From positions 1,050,001 through 1,082,000 of the forward strand of contig NC_010655.1 of assembly GCF_000020225.1 (NCBI RefSeq): a DNA stretch of 32,000 bases. The letters are read 5' to 3'. The notes beneath the pieces are model-generated. The model did no database searches, was not told the origin of the DNA, and was given only the letters and a program-made list of their open reading frames with translations. The DNA is from Akkermansia muciniphila ATCC BAA-835 (lineage in GTDB: Bacteria > Verrucomicrobiota > Verrucomicrobiia > Verrucomicrobiales > Akkermansiaceae). Below are positions 1-8,397 of this stretch, one piece after another. Every line of letters begins with the position of its first letter. Position 1 is the first letter of the stretch. Position numbers and translations under genes: made by a program.

Positions 1-168
1 CCCACGCACATGTGCCTGGAGGAAACGTTGGCCGCCATTGCCGCCGTCCGGCCCCGCCGCGCCGTGCTGACCCACCTGTCCCATGATATGGATTACGGGA
101 TTCTTTCCGGCAAGCTGCCGGAAAACGTCATGCCCGCGTATGACGGGCTGAGGCTGTCCCTGCCGTAA
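1..168 (+). CDS. MBL-fold metallo-hydrolase (PhnP-like), C-terminal fragment; the gene starts upstream of the window
   Basis: Frame +1 is open from the window edge to TAA at 166-168. The translation PTHMCLEETLAAIAAVRPRRAVLTHLSHDMDYGILSGKLPENVMPAYDGLRLSLP resembles the C-terminal TH-x-SH-D segment of MBL-fold hydrolases. It is absent from the ORF track because there is no start codon in the window. Confidence 0.6.
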   Translation, partial: PTHMCLEETLAAIAAVRPRRAVLTHLSHDMDYGILSGKLPENVMPAYDGLRLSLP

Positions 169-193
169 TGCTCACGCTGCATGTTCTCAGGCC

Positions 194-991
194 ATGACTA
201 TTCCAGACAATTTTGACCGTCCCGGCGCGCGGATACCGTGCGAAACCAGAAACGTATTCGGCTTTTCCGTAGCCGTCAGTTCCGTGGAAGAGATGTCCGC
301 TGCGCTGGCGGAACGCGCGCTGGAGGCGGAAGCTCCGTTTCTGGTGGCCGCGGCGGATGCCCATGTGGTAACCCTCGGCGTGCATGACCGGGATTACGGG
401 AACGTGCTGGAACGGATGGACGTGATTTGCCCGGACGGTATGCCGGTAGTGTGGAGGCTGAACCGGAGGCTTTCTTCCGGGGGGGAAAGGGAAGCGTGCC
501 GTGTGAGCGGGCCGGATTTGATGGAAGCGCTGGTGCGTTCGAATGTGCAGTATCCGGGCTTGCGCCATTTTTTGCTGGGCGGGGATGAGAAGCTGCTGGA
601 AGCCCTGTCTGGGGCATTAAAGGAAAAATACCCCGGTTTTCAACTGGCCGGGGCGTATTCTCCTCCGTTCCGCCCTTGGACGGAGGAAGATCTGGAAAAC
701 ATGCGGGAGGCGGTTGCTTCAAGCGGGGCCAATGTGGTATGGGTGGGGCTGGGCTGCCCGAAACAGGAGCGGTGGATGGCGGAGCAGAGGGAATTGCTGC
801 CCCCCGCGGTTTATGTGGGCGTAGGGGCGGCGTTCGCTTTCCATGCCGGTACGGTGAAACGGGCTCCGCGATGGATGCAGAAGAACGGTCTGGAATGGTT
901 GTACCGCATTTACCGGGAGCCGGGAAGACTGCTCAGGCGGTACGTGAAGCACAACAGCCTGTTCGTGTGGTACGTGCTGACGGGCAGATGA
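194..991 (+). CDS. WecB/TagA/CpsF-family glycosyltransferase
   Basis: 265-aa ORF with an ATG start. It carries family-typical segments: CPDGMPVVW, GANVVWVGLGCPKQERWM, VGVGAAFAFHAG, KRAPRWMQKNGLEWLYRIYREPGRLLRRY. Confidence 0.9.
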   Translation: MTIPDNFDRPGARIPCETRNVFGFSVAVSSVEEMSAALAERALEAEAPFLVAAADAHVVTLGVHDRDYGNVLERMDVICPDGMPVVWRLNRRLSSGGEREACRVSGPDLMEALVRSNVQYPGLRHFLLGGDEKLLEALSGALKEKYPGFQLAGAYSPPFRPWTEEDLENMREAVASSGANVVWVGLGCPKQERWMAEQRELLPPAVYVGVGAAFAFHAGTVKRAPRWMQKNGLEWLYRIYREPGRLLRRYVKHNSLFVWYVLTGR

Positions 992-1097
992 GGCCGTTTT
1001 TCCGGTGTGCGCCCCGGAGTTGAGCCGCGGCGGGTTATTTTATCCTTGTGCCGTTTTCGTGCGGCCCTATCATGATCCCGTTTGAACCTGGACGGAA

Positions 1098-1847
1098 GTG
1101 GAGGGCGCTCTTCCCTTCTTCGTCTTTAACCTTGTTTTTCTTATGTTCTTTCGCCGTATTCCCCGGAAAAGCTGGTATGAAAAAACTGTGGAACGCGTTT
1201 TCAGGGACAGGAAGCTGTGCGTGGAAAAGCTGCTCTCCTTCGGTTTCGTTCGTGTGGAAAGCGGTTTTCTGCGCAGGGCGGCATTGCTGGACGGCCAGTT
1301 CTGCATGGAATTGGAAATACACGCGGACGGTTCTGTTCATGCAACGGTGCATGATGCGGACGGGAAGAATATCCGGCATGCTGACCCGGGAACGGAGGAC
1401 AGGTTGCGGACAAGAATGCTCCGCAGGGAATATGAGGAAGAACTGTGGCATGTGGCGGAATGCTGCTTTGAACCTGATTTTTTCAAGGCGGCTCCCGCCC
1501 GGAGCCTCATCGCGCACATCCGTAAAGCTTACGGGGAGGAACTGGAATTCCTGTGGAGGAAGTTTCCGGGGAACGCAGTGGTGCGGCGGAAGGATACGGA
1601 AAAATGGTACGCCGCTTTTCTGGCTGTGCCGCGCTTGAAGCTGGGGGGCAGTTCCAAGGAACGGGTGGAGGTTTTGAACCTGCGGGTTTGTCCCGGTGAG
1701 TCCGGGATTCTTGCGGATAATCGCAGCCGTTTTCCGGCCTACCATATGAATAAGAAAAACTGGGTGAGCTTCTGTCTGGATGGAACCGTTCCCTTTGAGG
1801 AACTGGCTGCGCGCCTGGAAACCAGCCGGAGGCTTGCCGGAAAGTGA
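1098..1847 (+). CDS. MmcQ/YjbR-family DNA-binding protein with an N-terminal extension
   Basis: The C-terminal half (FLWRKFPGNAVVRRKDTEKWYAAFLAVP...FPAYHMNKKNWVSFCLDG) matches the MmcQ/YjbR fold signature. The start is uncertain: ATG 1098, ATG 1143 or GTG 1188 are all in frame. Confidence 0.75.
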   Translation: MEGALPFFVFNLVFLMFFRRIPRKSWYEKTVERVFRDRKLCVEKLLSFGFVRVESGFLRRAALLDGQFCMELEIHADGSVHATVHDADGKNIRHADPGTEDRLRTRMLRREYEEELWHVAECCFEPDFFKAAPARSLIAHIRKAYGEELEFLWRKFPGNAVVRRKDTEKWYAAFLAVPRLKLGGSSKERVEVLNLRVCPGESGILADNRSRFPAYHMNKKNWVSFCLDGTVPFEELAARLETSRRLAGK

Positions 1848-1951
1848 GCTCCTCCGGCGCGGGATGCCGGGAGAAACCGTCTTCCCGCCCCCGGATGGAC
1901 GGCCGGAAAGGGGGTCTTGACCCGGAAAGAGGCGGAGCCTACAGTAAGGGC

Positions 1952-2278
1952 ATGAACATAGAAGAAAAAGCTCTGTCCACCTTCCGCACGGCGCCCTGGC
2001 GCCACAACTGCGCCCAGGCCGTCTGCGCGGCTCTGGGCAGGGAGGATTTGCTGGAAACCGTTTCCTCCTGCGGTACCGGAAAGGCTCCAGACGGACTGTG
2101 CGGCGCCCTTTACGGGGCGCTGCTGTGTACGCCCGTGCAGTCCAGGGAGGAGCTGAGGCGGCGGTTTGTGGAAAAGCTGGGCTATTCCCATTGCAGGGAA
2201 TTGAAAAAAGAGGGGTCCGTGCCATGCCGGGATTGCGTTGCCTCTGCGGCGGTTCTGGCTTTTAACCTGAGGGAGTGA
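1952..2278 (+). CDS. C_GCAxxG_C_C-family-like small Cys-rich protein (putative redox protein)
   Basis: I chose the ATG at 1952, preceded by AAGGG, over the GTG at 1844. Cys pattern: NCAQAVCAALG ... CGTGKAPDGLCGALYGALL ... SHCRELK ... PCRDCV. The family assignment is tentative. Confidence 0.55.
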   Translation: MNIEEKALSTFRTAPWRHNCAQAVCAALGREDLLETVSSCGTGKAPDGLCGALYGALLCTPVQSREELRRRFVEKLGYSHCRELKKEGSVPCRDCVASAAVLAFNLRE

Positions 2279-2356
2279 ACGCAGAATGACACTGCCGGAT
2301 TCATGGTTTTTCATGAAAAAAGAGTCTATTGGAATGAAACCAGATAGAATAACATC

Positions 2357-2686
2357 ATGAAAAAATTGATCTATATGATAGCGGCAGCGGCCGTTGCGAT
2401 TCCGGTGGTGGCCCTGGCCCAGGGAGCCTGCGGCAGCGGCTCCTGCTCCAAGGGAGACAAGGACATGGCTGAAGCCAAAGAGCACATGAAAGAGGGCGCC
2501 AAGGCTGCCAAGGACGCCGCCTCCGAAAAAATGAAGGAAGGCAGGCAGGCTGCCAGGGACGCCTATGAAAAGGGCAAGGAAACCGCCAGGGATGCTTATC
2601 AGGACAGCAGGGACGCCGTTGACCATGCGGCGGACAGGACTGCCGATAAGGCCGAAGCCGTCGGTGACGCTGTGAAAAACGGTTAA
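2357..2686 (+). CDS. Small secreted Lys/Ala/Asp/Glu-rich protein (unknown function)
   Basis: N-terminal signal peptide MKKLIYMIAAAAVAIPVVALAQG, then CGSGSC, then a low-complexity helical repeat-like region (KEGAKAAKDAASEKMKEGRQAARDAYEKGKETARDAY). A strong terminator lies downstream of the gene pair. Confidence 0.7.
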   Translation: MKKLIYMIAAAAVAIPVVALAQGACGSGSCSKGDKDMAEAKEHMKEGAKAAKDAASEKMKEGRQAARDAYEKGKETARDAYQDSRDAVDHAADRTADKAEAVGDAVKNG

Positions 2687-2720
2687 CTCAAACGATGAAC
2701 AATAAAAATATTTGCTTATT

Positions 2721-2909
2721 ATGTGCGAATCCAAGGATCATATGAATAAAGGCTGCGGATGTGCGAACGATGCCGCTTCCGGCAAAATGGAGGAAGGCAA
2801 GCACAAGATGAAAGACGCCTGCGAAAGAGGCAAGGAAGCCGTCAAGGACATGGCTGAAAGCGTGAGCGACAAGGCCAAATCCATGATGGACAAGGATAAG
2901 AATTCTTAG
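2721..2909 (+). CDS. Small paralog of the preceding protein, without a signal peptide
   Basis: NDAASGKMEEGKHKMKDACERGKE aligns with KDAASEKMKEGRQAARDAYEKGKE of the upstream gene. It starts with MCESKDHMNKGCGC. I prefer the ATG at 2721 over the TTG at 2712. Confidence 0.55.
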   Translation: MCESKDHMNKGCGCANDAASGKMEEGKHKMKDACERGKEAVKDMAESVSDKAKSMMDKDKNS

Positions 2910-2968
2910 TCCCGGCGGCGGTTGAAGCAAGCCGTTTCCCATTCTTCCTCCCGTGCGCGGGATGACCT

Positions 2969-3004
2969 CCCCTTGTCCGGATTTCCGGACGAGGGGATTT
3001 TTAT
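2969..3004 (+). terminator. Rho-independent terminator after the small-protein gene pair
   Basis: 12-bp stem CCCCTTGTCCGG (2969-2980) / CCGGACGAGGGG (2985-2996) with one G-T pair and an ATTT loop, followed by ATTTTTAT. It overlaps the lpxI stop codon on the other strand. Confidence 0.8.
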
Positions 3005-3864
3005 GCGGGCCGGTTTTCCGGGGAAGGGGTGTCCTGTTCCACGGTCTGGAGGGCATGCAGGCTGATTTTATGCCTTTTGCATAATTCCTCCACCCGGTCG
3101 CGTTCCAGCAAGATGGTTTTGCCCGCTTCCAGGGCGATTTGCCTGACGCCGCATTCCGCGCACGTTTCAATGGTGACGGGGCCGACTGTCGGGATGTCAA
3201 AGCGCATGTCATGCCCCAGGCGGGCCACTTTGGCCAGCGTGGCCGGTTTGCCGTTGCCCAGTTCCCCTCCGCGGCGTATGCAGTTGTTGGTGCCTTCAAT
3301 CGCTTCCACGGCGATGACGGTGCCGCCGTGCACGATGACGGACTGCCCGATGTGGAGACGGCTGATTTCCTTGGCCGTCTGCATGCCGAAGCGGGCGTCC
3401 TCCCATTGTTCAGGCGTGGGAGGAGGTCCGGCGATATGCCCCGGCTGCGGCATGTGCTCCTCCATGTAGGTGGAGGCCGGGAGGATGATGAAGCCTTCCT
3501 TTTCCGCTTCCGTGATGACGGCCCCAAGCAGGGAGTCCGCATTTTTTTCCGGCATGCGCATCAATACGGAAAGGGCGCGAAGGTCCGGACGGAGGGAAAG
3601 AATATTTTTCGGATTGATGCCGCCGGCCATGATAACGTTCCTTACGCCGTGCTTTTTCAGGAAAGTGAACGGCTTGCTTATCTGGCCCACGCTGAATTCC
3701 TGGTAAGCGTCGCACAGGGGGATGACGGCGGGGTTGGTTTCCCCCTTGAACCCTACGGCCACGATACGCAATTCCGGCGTCCGGCGGCGTGCGCCCCGGA
3801 CAATATATTCCGGATAAACGCCGTCTCCGGCTACCAGGCCTAATACGGGCGGGTCTGTTGTCAT
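3001..3864 (-). CDS. lpxI: UDP-2,3-diacylglucosamine diphosphatase LpxI (DUF1009 family)
   Basis: 287 aa. LGLVAGDGVYP N-terminus, NVIMAGGINPKN, SRLHIGQSVIVHGGTVIAVEAIEGTNNCIRRGG, RFDIPTVGPVTIE. This is collinear with the LpxI family as I recall it from Caulobacter. Confidence 0.85.
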   Translation of the reverse strand: MTTDPPVLGLVAGDGVYPEYIVRGARRRTPELRIVAVGFKGETNPAVIPLCDAYQEFSVGQISKPFTFLKKHGVRNVIMAGGINPKNILSLRPDLRALSVLMRMPEKNADSLLGAVITEAEKEGFIILPASTYMEEHMPQPGHIAGPPPTPEQWEDARFGMQTAKEISRLHIGQSVIVHGGTVIAVEAIEGTNNCIRRGGELGNGKPATLAKVARLGHDMRFDIPTVGPVTIETCAECGVRQIALEAGKTILLERDRVEELCKRHKISLHALQTVEQDTPSPENRPA

Positions 3865-3893
3865 GCGGCGTGAAGCTGGGGGAACGGGGCTGG

Positions 3894-5168
3894 TTACAGG
3901 TATTCCGGGCGCTGGAGCAATTCCGCCACGCGCTTGAGCAGGCGGCCGATGTCCGCTCCGTCCACCACGCGGTGGTCTCCCGTAGCCACGATGTTGGCCT
4001 TGGAGATGGGGATAAACGCCTCCACTTCGTCACTCCAGACCGGGGTTTTGGTGACGGCCCCCACCCCCAGGATAATGGATTCGCTGGGCATGGGCATGGG
4101 CGCGGCAAAGGTGAGGCCGAAGCCGCCGAAGTTGGTGACCGTGGCGATGCCGCCCGTGCTGTCTTCCGGAGCCAGCCTGCGGCGGCGCGCCTGGGCAATC
4201 AGCCTGTTATAGTCTTCCAGCAGTTCTTCCATCGTCCGTTCGTTCACGCGGCGCAGCACGGGAACCATGACGCCGTCCGCCACCTGGGCGGCGATGCCGA
4301 TGTCGATTGTTTTGGGAGAAAGAATGTTTTCCCCCACCAGGTAGCCGGCGCATTCCGGGCTTTCCGCCAGGGACAGGGCCAGGGCGCGGGCAAAGTACAG
4401 GGTGATGCCGGGCCGCAGCGGGGAATTTTGCCTGTGTTTGATGAGGGGGTCCATGAATACGGGACGCCCGGCGGAGGCCAGCGGGCGCGTCCAGCTGCGG
4501 CGCATGGCGTCCGCCACGGCCAGCCGCATGGATGAGGCCTTGCGGTGCGGCCATTGGCTAACATATTCCAGGAATTCTTCCAGGTCGTCAATGGTGACGC
4601 GTCCGCCCGCCCCGGAACCGGAGATGAAAGCGATGTCGGAGGCGCTCATGCCCAATTCATCCATGCGCGCCTTCATCCGGGGGGACATGTAGTGCGCGCC
4701 CTTCATGCCGGCGGGTACGGGGAGGCCGCGCACGCTGGGCTGGACTTTCAGGTCCGTTCCGTTTTCCTGATAGGATTCCCCCGTCACCCCGAAGTGGACG
4801 CCTGCGGGTTTTTCCTCCCGGGGAGGGGCGGAGGGCGCGGCCTGGGGAACGGATTCCGGACTGGCTGGAAGGGACGGCTGGGTGGAATCTCCGGCCGGAG
4901 TCGCTCCGGAACGCTCAATTTCCTCTTCCGTGGCCTCAATCATGGCCATGCAGGCGCCGACCACGACGGATTCCCCTTCCTTGATGAACACATCGCTCAG
5001 GATGCCGCCGCACATGGTGGTGACTCCCATGGTGGCCTTGTTGGTTTCTACCTCAAAGATTTCCTGGTCGGCTTCTACGGTATCGCCCTGGGCCGCCAGC
5101 AGGCGCAGCACAGTGGCTTCCGCAATGGAATCCCCGAGCTGGGGCATCAGAATGGGTACTTTAGGCAT
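3894..5168 (-). CDS. 2-oxoacid dehydrogenase complex E2 (dihydrolipoamide acyltransferase)
   Basis: Lipoyl domain with EVETNKATMGV. Pro/Ala/Ser linker. E3/E1-binding domain SPRMKARMDELGMSASDIAFISGSGAGGRVTIDDL. Catalytic DHRVVDGADIGRLL near the C-terminus. Confidence 0.9.
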   Translation of the reverse strand: MPKVPILMPQLGDSIAEATVLRLLAAQGDTVEADQEIFEVETNKATMGVTTMCGGILSDVFIKEGESVVVGACMAMIEATEEEIERSGATPAGDSTQPSLPASPESVPQAAPSAPPREEKPAGVHFGVTGESYQENGTDLKVQPSVRGLPVPAGMKGAHYMSPRMKARMDELGMSASDIAFISGSGAGGRVTIDDLEEFLEYVSQWPHRKASSMRLAVADAMRRSWTRPLASAGRPVFMDPLIKHRQNSPLRPGITLYFARALALSLAESPECAGYLVGENILSPKTIDIGIAAQVADGVMVPVLRRVNERTMEELLEDYNRLIAQARRRRLAPEDSTGGIATVTNFGGFGLTFAAPMPMPSESIILGVGAVTKTPVWSDEVEAFIPISKANIVATGDHRVVDGADIGRLLKRVAELLQRPEYL

Positions 5169-5186
5169 GATGGAAACTGGGTTGAA

Positions 5187-6161
5187 TCAAATGGATAGAA
5201 GATGGCGGATGGAGGCGGCAATGGATTCCAGCGTGGGGCGGTGCGCCTTCCAGAGGTTGGGGTGCTGGGGGATGGGGGTATCCCGTGCGTTGAGCCTCTG
5301 GGGCGGGGCATCCAGCAGGTGGAAGCCTTCCGCGACAATGCGTGAAACAACTTCCGCCGTGACGCCTCCCCACGGAAAATCTTCCCCGACGACCAGGACG
5401 CGGCCGGTGCGCGCTACGGAGGCGATAACGGTATCCATGTCCAGCGGGCGCACCGTCCGAAGATCCACGACCTCCACTTCATAGCCGCTTTCCTTCTCAA
5501 GCAGGTCCGCCGCGCGCACGGCTTCCGGCACCATGGCGCTGTACGCCACCACGGTGGCATGCTTCCCCGTGCGGGCGATCCGGGCCGTGCCGAACGGGAT
5601 GACCGGGGCCTCCCGGTAGTTGTCCTCCGCCTTCAGCCAGCGGTACAGGAACTTGTGCTCCAGAAAAATGACGGGGTCCGGAATTTCCACGGCCTGGCGC
5701 AGCATCCAGTAAGCATCCGCTACCGTGGCCGGAGTCATGACGTGCAGGCCCGGATAATGGGCGAACAAGGCTTCCAGGCTCTGGCTGTGGAAAGGGCCGG
5801 TGCCGGGGGTTCCCCCGCAGGGCAGGCGCACCGTGATGTTGGCGGGAATGCCCGTGCGGTAGTAATGGGTGGCCGCCATGTTGACAATCTGGTTGAAAGC
5901 GATCGTGCTGAAGTCGGCAAACTGGACTTCCATAATGGGCTTCTTGCCCATGACGGCGGCCCCGGTCACCATGCCGGCCATGGCGTCCTCACTGATGGGG
6001 GCGTCAATCACCCGGTCCGGGAACAGCTCCTTGAGGCCCTTGGTCGCTTTGAATGCGCCGCCGAAAACGCCTATGTCCTGCCCGTACAGAAAGACGTCCC
6101 TGTCTTCCGTAAGCAGGTCTTTCTGGGCGTCGTGGATGGCATCAATGTATGTTACGCTCAT
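5187..6161 (-). CDS. 2-oxoacid dehydrogenase E1 component, beta subunit
   Basis: 324 aa with a transketolase-like pyrimidine-binding domain and C-terminal domain (YGQDIGVFGGAFKATKGL, IDAPISEDAMAGM, MEVQFADF, LVVGEDFPWGG). It lies 18-21 bp from its neighbours on the same strand. Confidence 0.92.
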   Translation of the reverse strand: MSVTYIDAIHDAQKDLLTEDRDVFLYGQDIGVFGGAFKATKGLKELFPDRVIDAPISEDAMAGMVTGAAVMGKKPIMEVQFADFSTIAFNQIVNMAATHYYRTGIPANITVRLPCGGTPGTGPFHSQSLEALFAHYPGLHVMTPATVADAYWMLRQAVEIPDPVIFLEHKFLYRWLKAEDNYREAPVIPFGTARIARTGKHATVVAYSAMVPEAVRAADLLEKESGYEVEVVDLRTVRPLDMDTVIASVARTGRVLVVGEDFPWGGVTAEVVSRIVAEGFHLLDAPPQRLNARDTPIPQHPNLWKAHRPTLESIAASIRHLLSI

Positions 6162-6182
6162 GGGAATATTCCGTTTGCTGGC

Positions 6183-7184
6183 TTAATAAGGTCTCCATAC
6201 CGTGGCGTTCCAGTCTTCCCGGAAGGGGTCCGGTTCCGGTTCCCGCTGCGCGGTGGCTACGGCCAGCTGGACTTCATCGGCATACTGTTTTTTCAAAGCC
6301 GCCGTTTCTTCCGGCGTGAGCCAGCCGGCTGCCAGCAGCTGCCGTTCCGCGACTGCCACGGGGTCTTTTTTTTCATATTCCTCTTTCAGCTCCCTGGGGA
6401 TGTAGGAGGCGTCGTCATGTTCCCCGTGCCCGCACATGCGGAGGGTCTTGGCAAGCACCCACTGGGGGCCCCGGCCTTCCCTCGCGTTATTGACGGCGGT
6501 CCGGAAGGTTTCCAGCGTGGCCATGAAGTCCGTGCCGTCCGTTTCATGCACGGTGAAGCCGTAGCCGCGGCCCCTGTCCGCCAGGGAGGCTTCTCCGAAT
6601 TCCCTGATATTGGGGGTGGAGTAGGCAAATTGATTATTGGTTACCACGAGCACCAGAGGCAGCCGCTCCACGTTCGCCATATTGGCGGCTTCGTGAAAAG
6701 CACCCGTGGACGTGGTGCCGTCGCCGCAGAAAGCTACTCCCACGGGGCCGGGCAGTTTGCCGTCCAGGCGCTTGGCGAAAAGGCAGCCGATGACGAAAGC
6801 CACCGTGCTGCCCAGATGGCTGATGGGAGCCATATAGCCTTCCGCTGGCAGGCCCCGGTGGACATTGCCGTCCCGCCCTTTCATATATCCCAGGGCGGAA
6901 CCCAGGTAGGCGCGTGCCGCTTCAATAATCGGTTCCCCCCAGGTGACGCGTGCCGCCTGTTCCCGGATGAACGGGGCGATTACATCGTAGCCGGCAGTCA
7001 GAAAGACGCCTCCGCATGCGGCAATCGCTTCATGTCCGCGGCCCAGGTAAACGCCCCCCGTAATTTTGCCCGCTTTGTAAAGGCTGGAAATTTTGGTGTC
7101 AAAAGCCCGCGCCAGCAACATGGCCTTGAAAGCCCTGACGGCATTTTCCTTTAAGTCCGGTTGTGTAGTGTCGCAATGTGCCAC
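6183..7184 (-). CDS. 2-oxoacid dehydrogenase E1 component, alpha subunit (TPP-dependent)
   Basis: TPP motif GDGTTSTGAFHEAANMANVERLPLVLVVTNNQFA. N-terminal AVRAFKAMLLARAFD. The only possible start is GTG at 7184, because an in-frame TAA lies 4 codons upstream. Confidence 0.9.
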   Translation of the reverse strand: MAHCDTTQPDLKENAVRAFKAMLLARAFDTKISSLYKAGKITGGVYLGRGHEAIAACGGVFLTAGYDVIAPFIREQAARVTWGEPIIEAARAYLGSALGYMKGRDGNVHRGLPAEGYMAPISHLGSTVAFVIGCLFAKRLDGKLPGPVGVAFCGDGTTSTGAFHEAANMANVERLPLVLVVTNNQFAYSTPNIREFGEASLADRGRGYGFTVHETDGTDFMATLETFRTAVNNAREGRGPQWVLAKTLRMCGHGEHDDASYIPRELKEEYEKKDPVAVAERQLLAAGWLTPEETAALKKQYADEVQLAVATAQREPEPDPFREDWNATVWRPY

Positions 7185-7190
7185 CCCATT

Positions 7191-7218
7191 ATTTTATATG
7201 CTGCATAAGGAAATGCAA
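7191..7218 (-). promoter_or_regulatory. Candidate sigma70-like promoter for the E1alpha operon (TTGCAT-N16-TAAAAT)
   Basis: On the minus strand, TTGCAT (7218-7213), a 16-nt spacer, then TAAAAT (7196-7191). The -10 ends 6 nt before the GTG start at 7184. Confidence 0.3.
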
Positions 7219-7368
7219 TGCCATTTCATGAAACTGCCTGAGACTTTGTGTCCGCAGGCGCGGGGCCGCTCCGCAGGGCGGCGGAGGTTCGCGGGGGGCG
7301 GTTCCCGGCTGGCGGGAGCGCTTTTGCATCTTCCGCTCCCGCCGGCGGATGCGCGGAAATTTCCGGAT

Positions 7369-8181
7369 TCATTTCCCACCCGGCGGCAGGCTGCATCTCA
7401 GTTCGAATTTGGGATTTGCCACATCGTAATCTCCGGGAAACAATTCCGTCTCCATAATGATTTTATCATATTCCTGCGCAAAAAGGTCCGGAAAAACGCC
7501 GGGCGCCTCCGCAATGCCGCTTTCCTGCCTGATGACGCAGAGAAAGGAGGCGGCGGGCAGGCGCATGATTTCCTTCATCCGCCGGGCGTCTCTGCCGGCC
7601 GCTTCCACCTCCACATACAGGAACTGCTCCGTCCCTGCTTTCCGGTGGAAGGAAAGCAGGCCGGCTTCCGCGCCCAGCCGCAGCTGGCAGCGGTTAATAT
7701 CGTCAAAGATGCGGGTGATAAGAATGTTAAATTCCGGAGTATGCTGTTTTCCCGCATAGGGCGCCACCCAGCAGTATTTTTCCGGCAATGCGTGGATGGC
7801 CTGTTCCCCATGAAGCAGAAGATCTTCTTCCCGGCCCATCTGTTTCCGGAATTTTTCCAGCAGGCGCAGCTTTTCCTGAATATCCCTGATTTTCCGGTGT
7901 GCCAGCATGGTGCCGTGGGAGAAAAGTTTCTTATAATGGATCCTTCGCTGGTCCCTGGTCAGGAAGCCGGTAAATTCCTTCAGGGGAATATCCAGGAAAA
8001 TGCAGGCGCGGATGGCATCCACCACGGGAATCTGGGAAAGAGTGTAGTAACGGTAGCCGGTGTCCGGGTCCGTATAGGCCGGGAGCAAAATGCCCAGTTG
8101 TTCATAATACCGGAGGGATTTGACATGTACGCCGGTCTGTTTGGACAGATTGCCGATGGTTAGTAAATTCTGTTTGTCCAT
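7369..8181 (-). CDS. MerR-family transcriptional regulator with a C-terminal effector-binding (GyrI-like, BmrR/BrlR-type) domain
   Basis: N-terminal MerR HTH: LTIGNLSKQTGVHVKSLRYYEQLGILLPAYTDPDTGYRYY. A coiled-coil linker follows, then a C-terminal domain of about 150 aa. Total length 270 aa. It is divergent from the RND genes. Confidence 0.8.
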   Translation of the reverse strand: MDKQNLLTIGNLSKQTGVHVKSLRYYEQLGILLPAYTDPDTGYRYYTLSQIPVVDAIRACIFLDIPLKEFTGFLTRDQRRIHYKKLFSHGTMLAHRKIRDIQEKLRLLEKFRKQMGREEDLLLHGEQAIHALPEKYCWVAPYAGKQHTPEFNILITRIFDDINRCQLRLGAEAGLLSFHRKAGTEQFLYVEVEAAGRDARRMKEIMRLPAASFLCVIRQESGIAEAPGVFPDLFAQEYDKIIMETELFPGDYDVANPKFELRCSLPPGGK

Positions 8182-8366
8182 CCTGTATTGCGGTTGGTGG
8201 GAGGGAATTGATTGTTTCCGCCGGAAGAGCCCCGGCGGAAACGGGAGCTGCGCGCAGAAGAAACCTTTCTGAAGACGAAGTTATTTCCGCCATTCATTGG
8301 ATTTTTATTGTCAACAATTTACAATAAATGACAAAGACCTTCCCCACTTAATTTTTCCATTGCCTC

Positions 8367-8397
8367 TTGACTCTCCCATTATGGGATACTTTACATC
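8367..8397 (+). promoter_or_regulatory. Candidate MerR-type promoter/operator for the RND operon
   Basis: TTGACT (8367-8372), a 19-nt spacer, then TACATC (8392-8397). The spacer contains the dyad TCCCAT-T-ATGGGA (8374-8386), extendable to 8 of 10 matches over 8370-8390. It sits about 80 nt upstream of the adaptor ATG. Confidence 0.4.

Noticed and set aside
1035-2225. 396-aa minus-strand ORF opposite the MmcQ/YjbR and C_GCAxxG genes
   Set aside because: It is Pro/Arg-rich low complexity and overlaps two plus-strand ORFs that carry family motifs.
5559-7154. 531-aa plus-strand ORF across the E1beta/E1alpha genes
   Set aside because: It is antisense to two well-supported minus-strand genes. It spans their intergenic gap and has no recognisable motifs.
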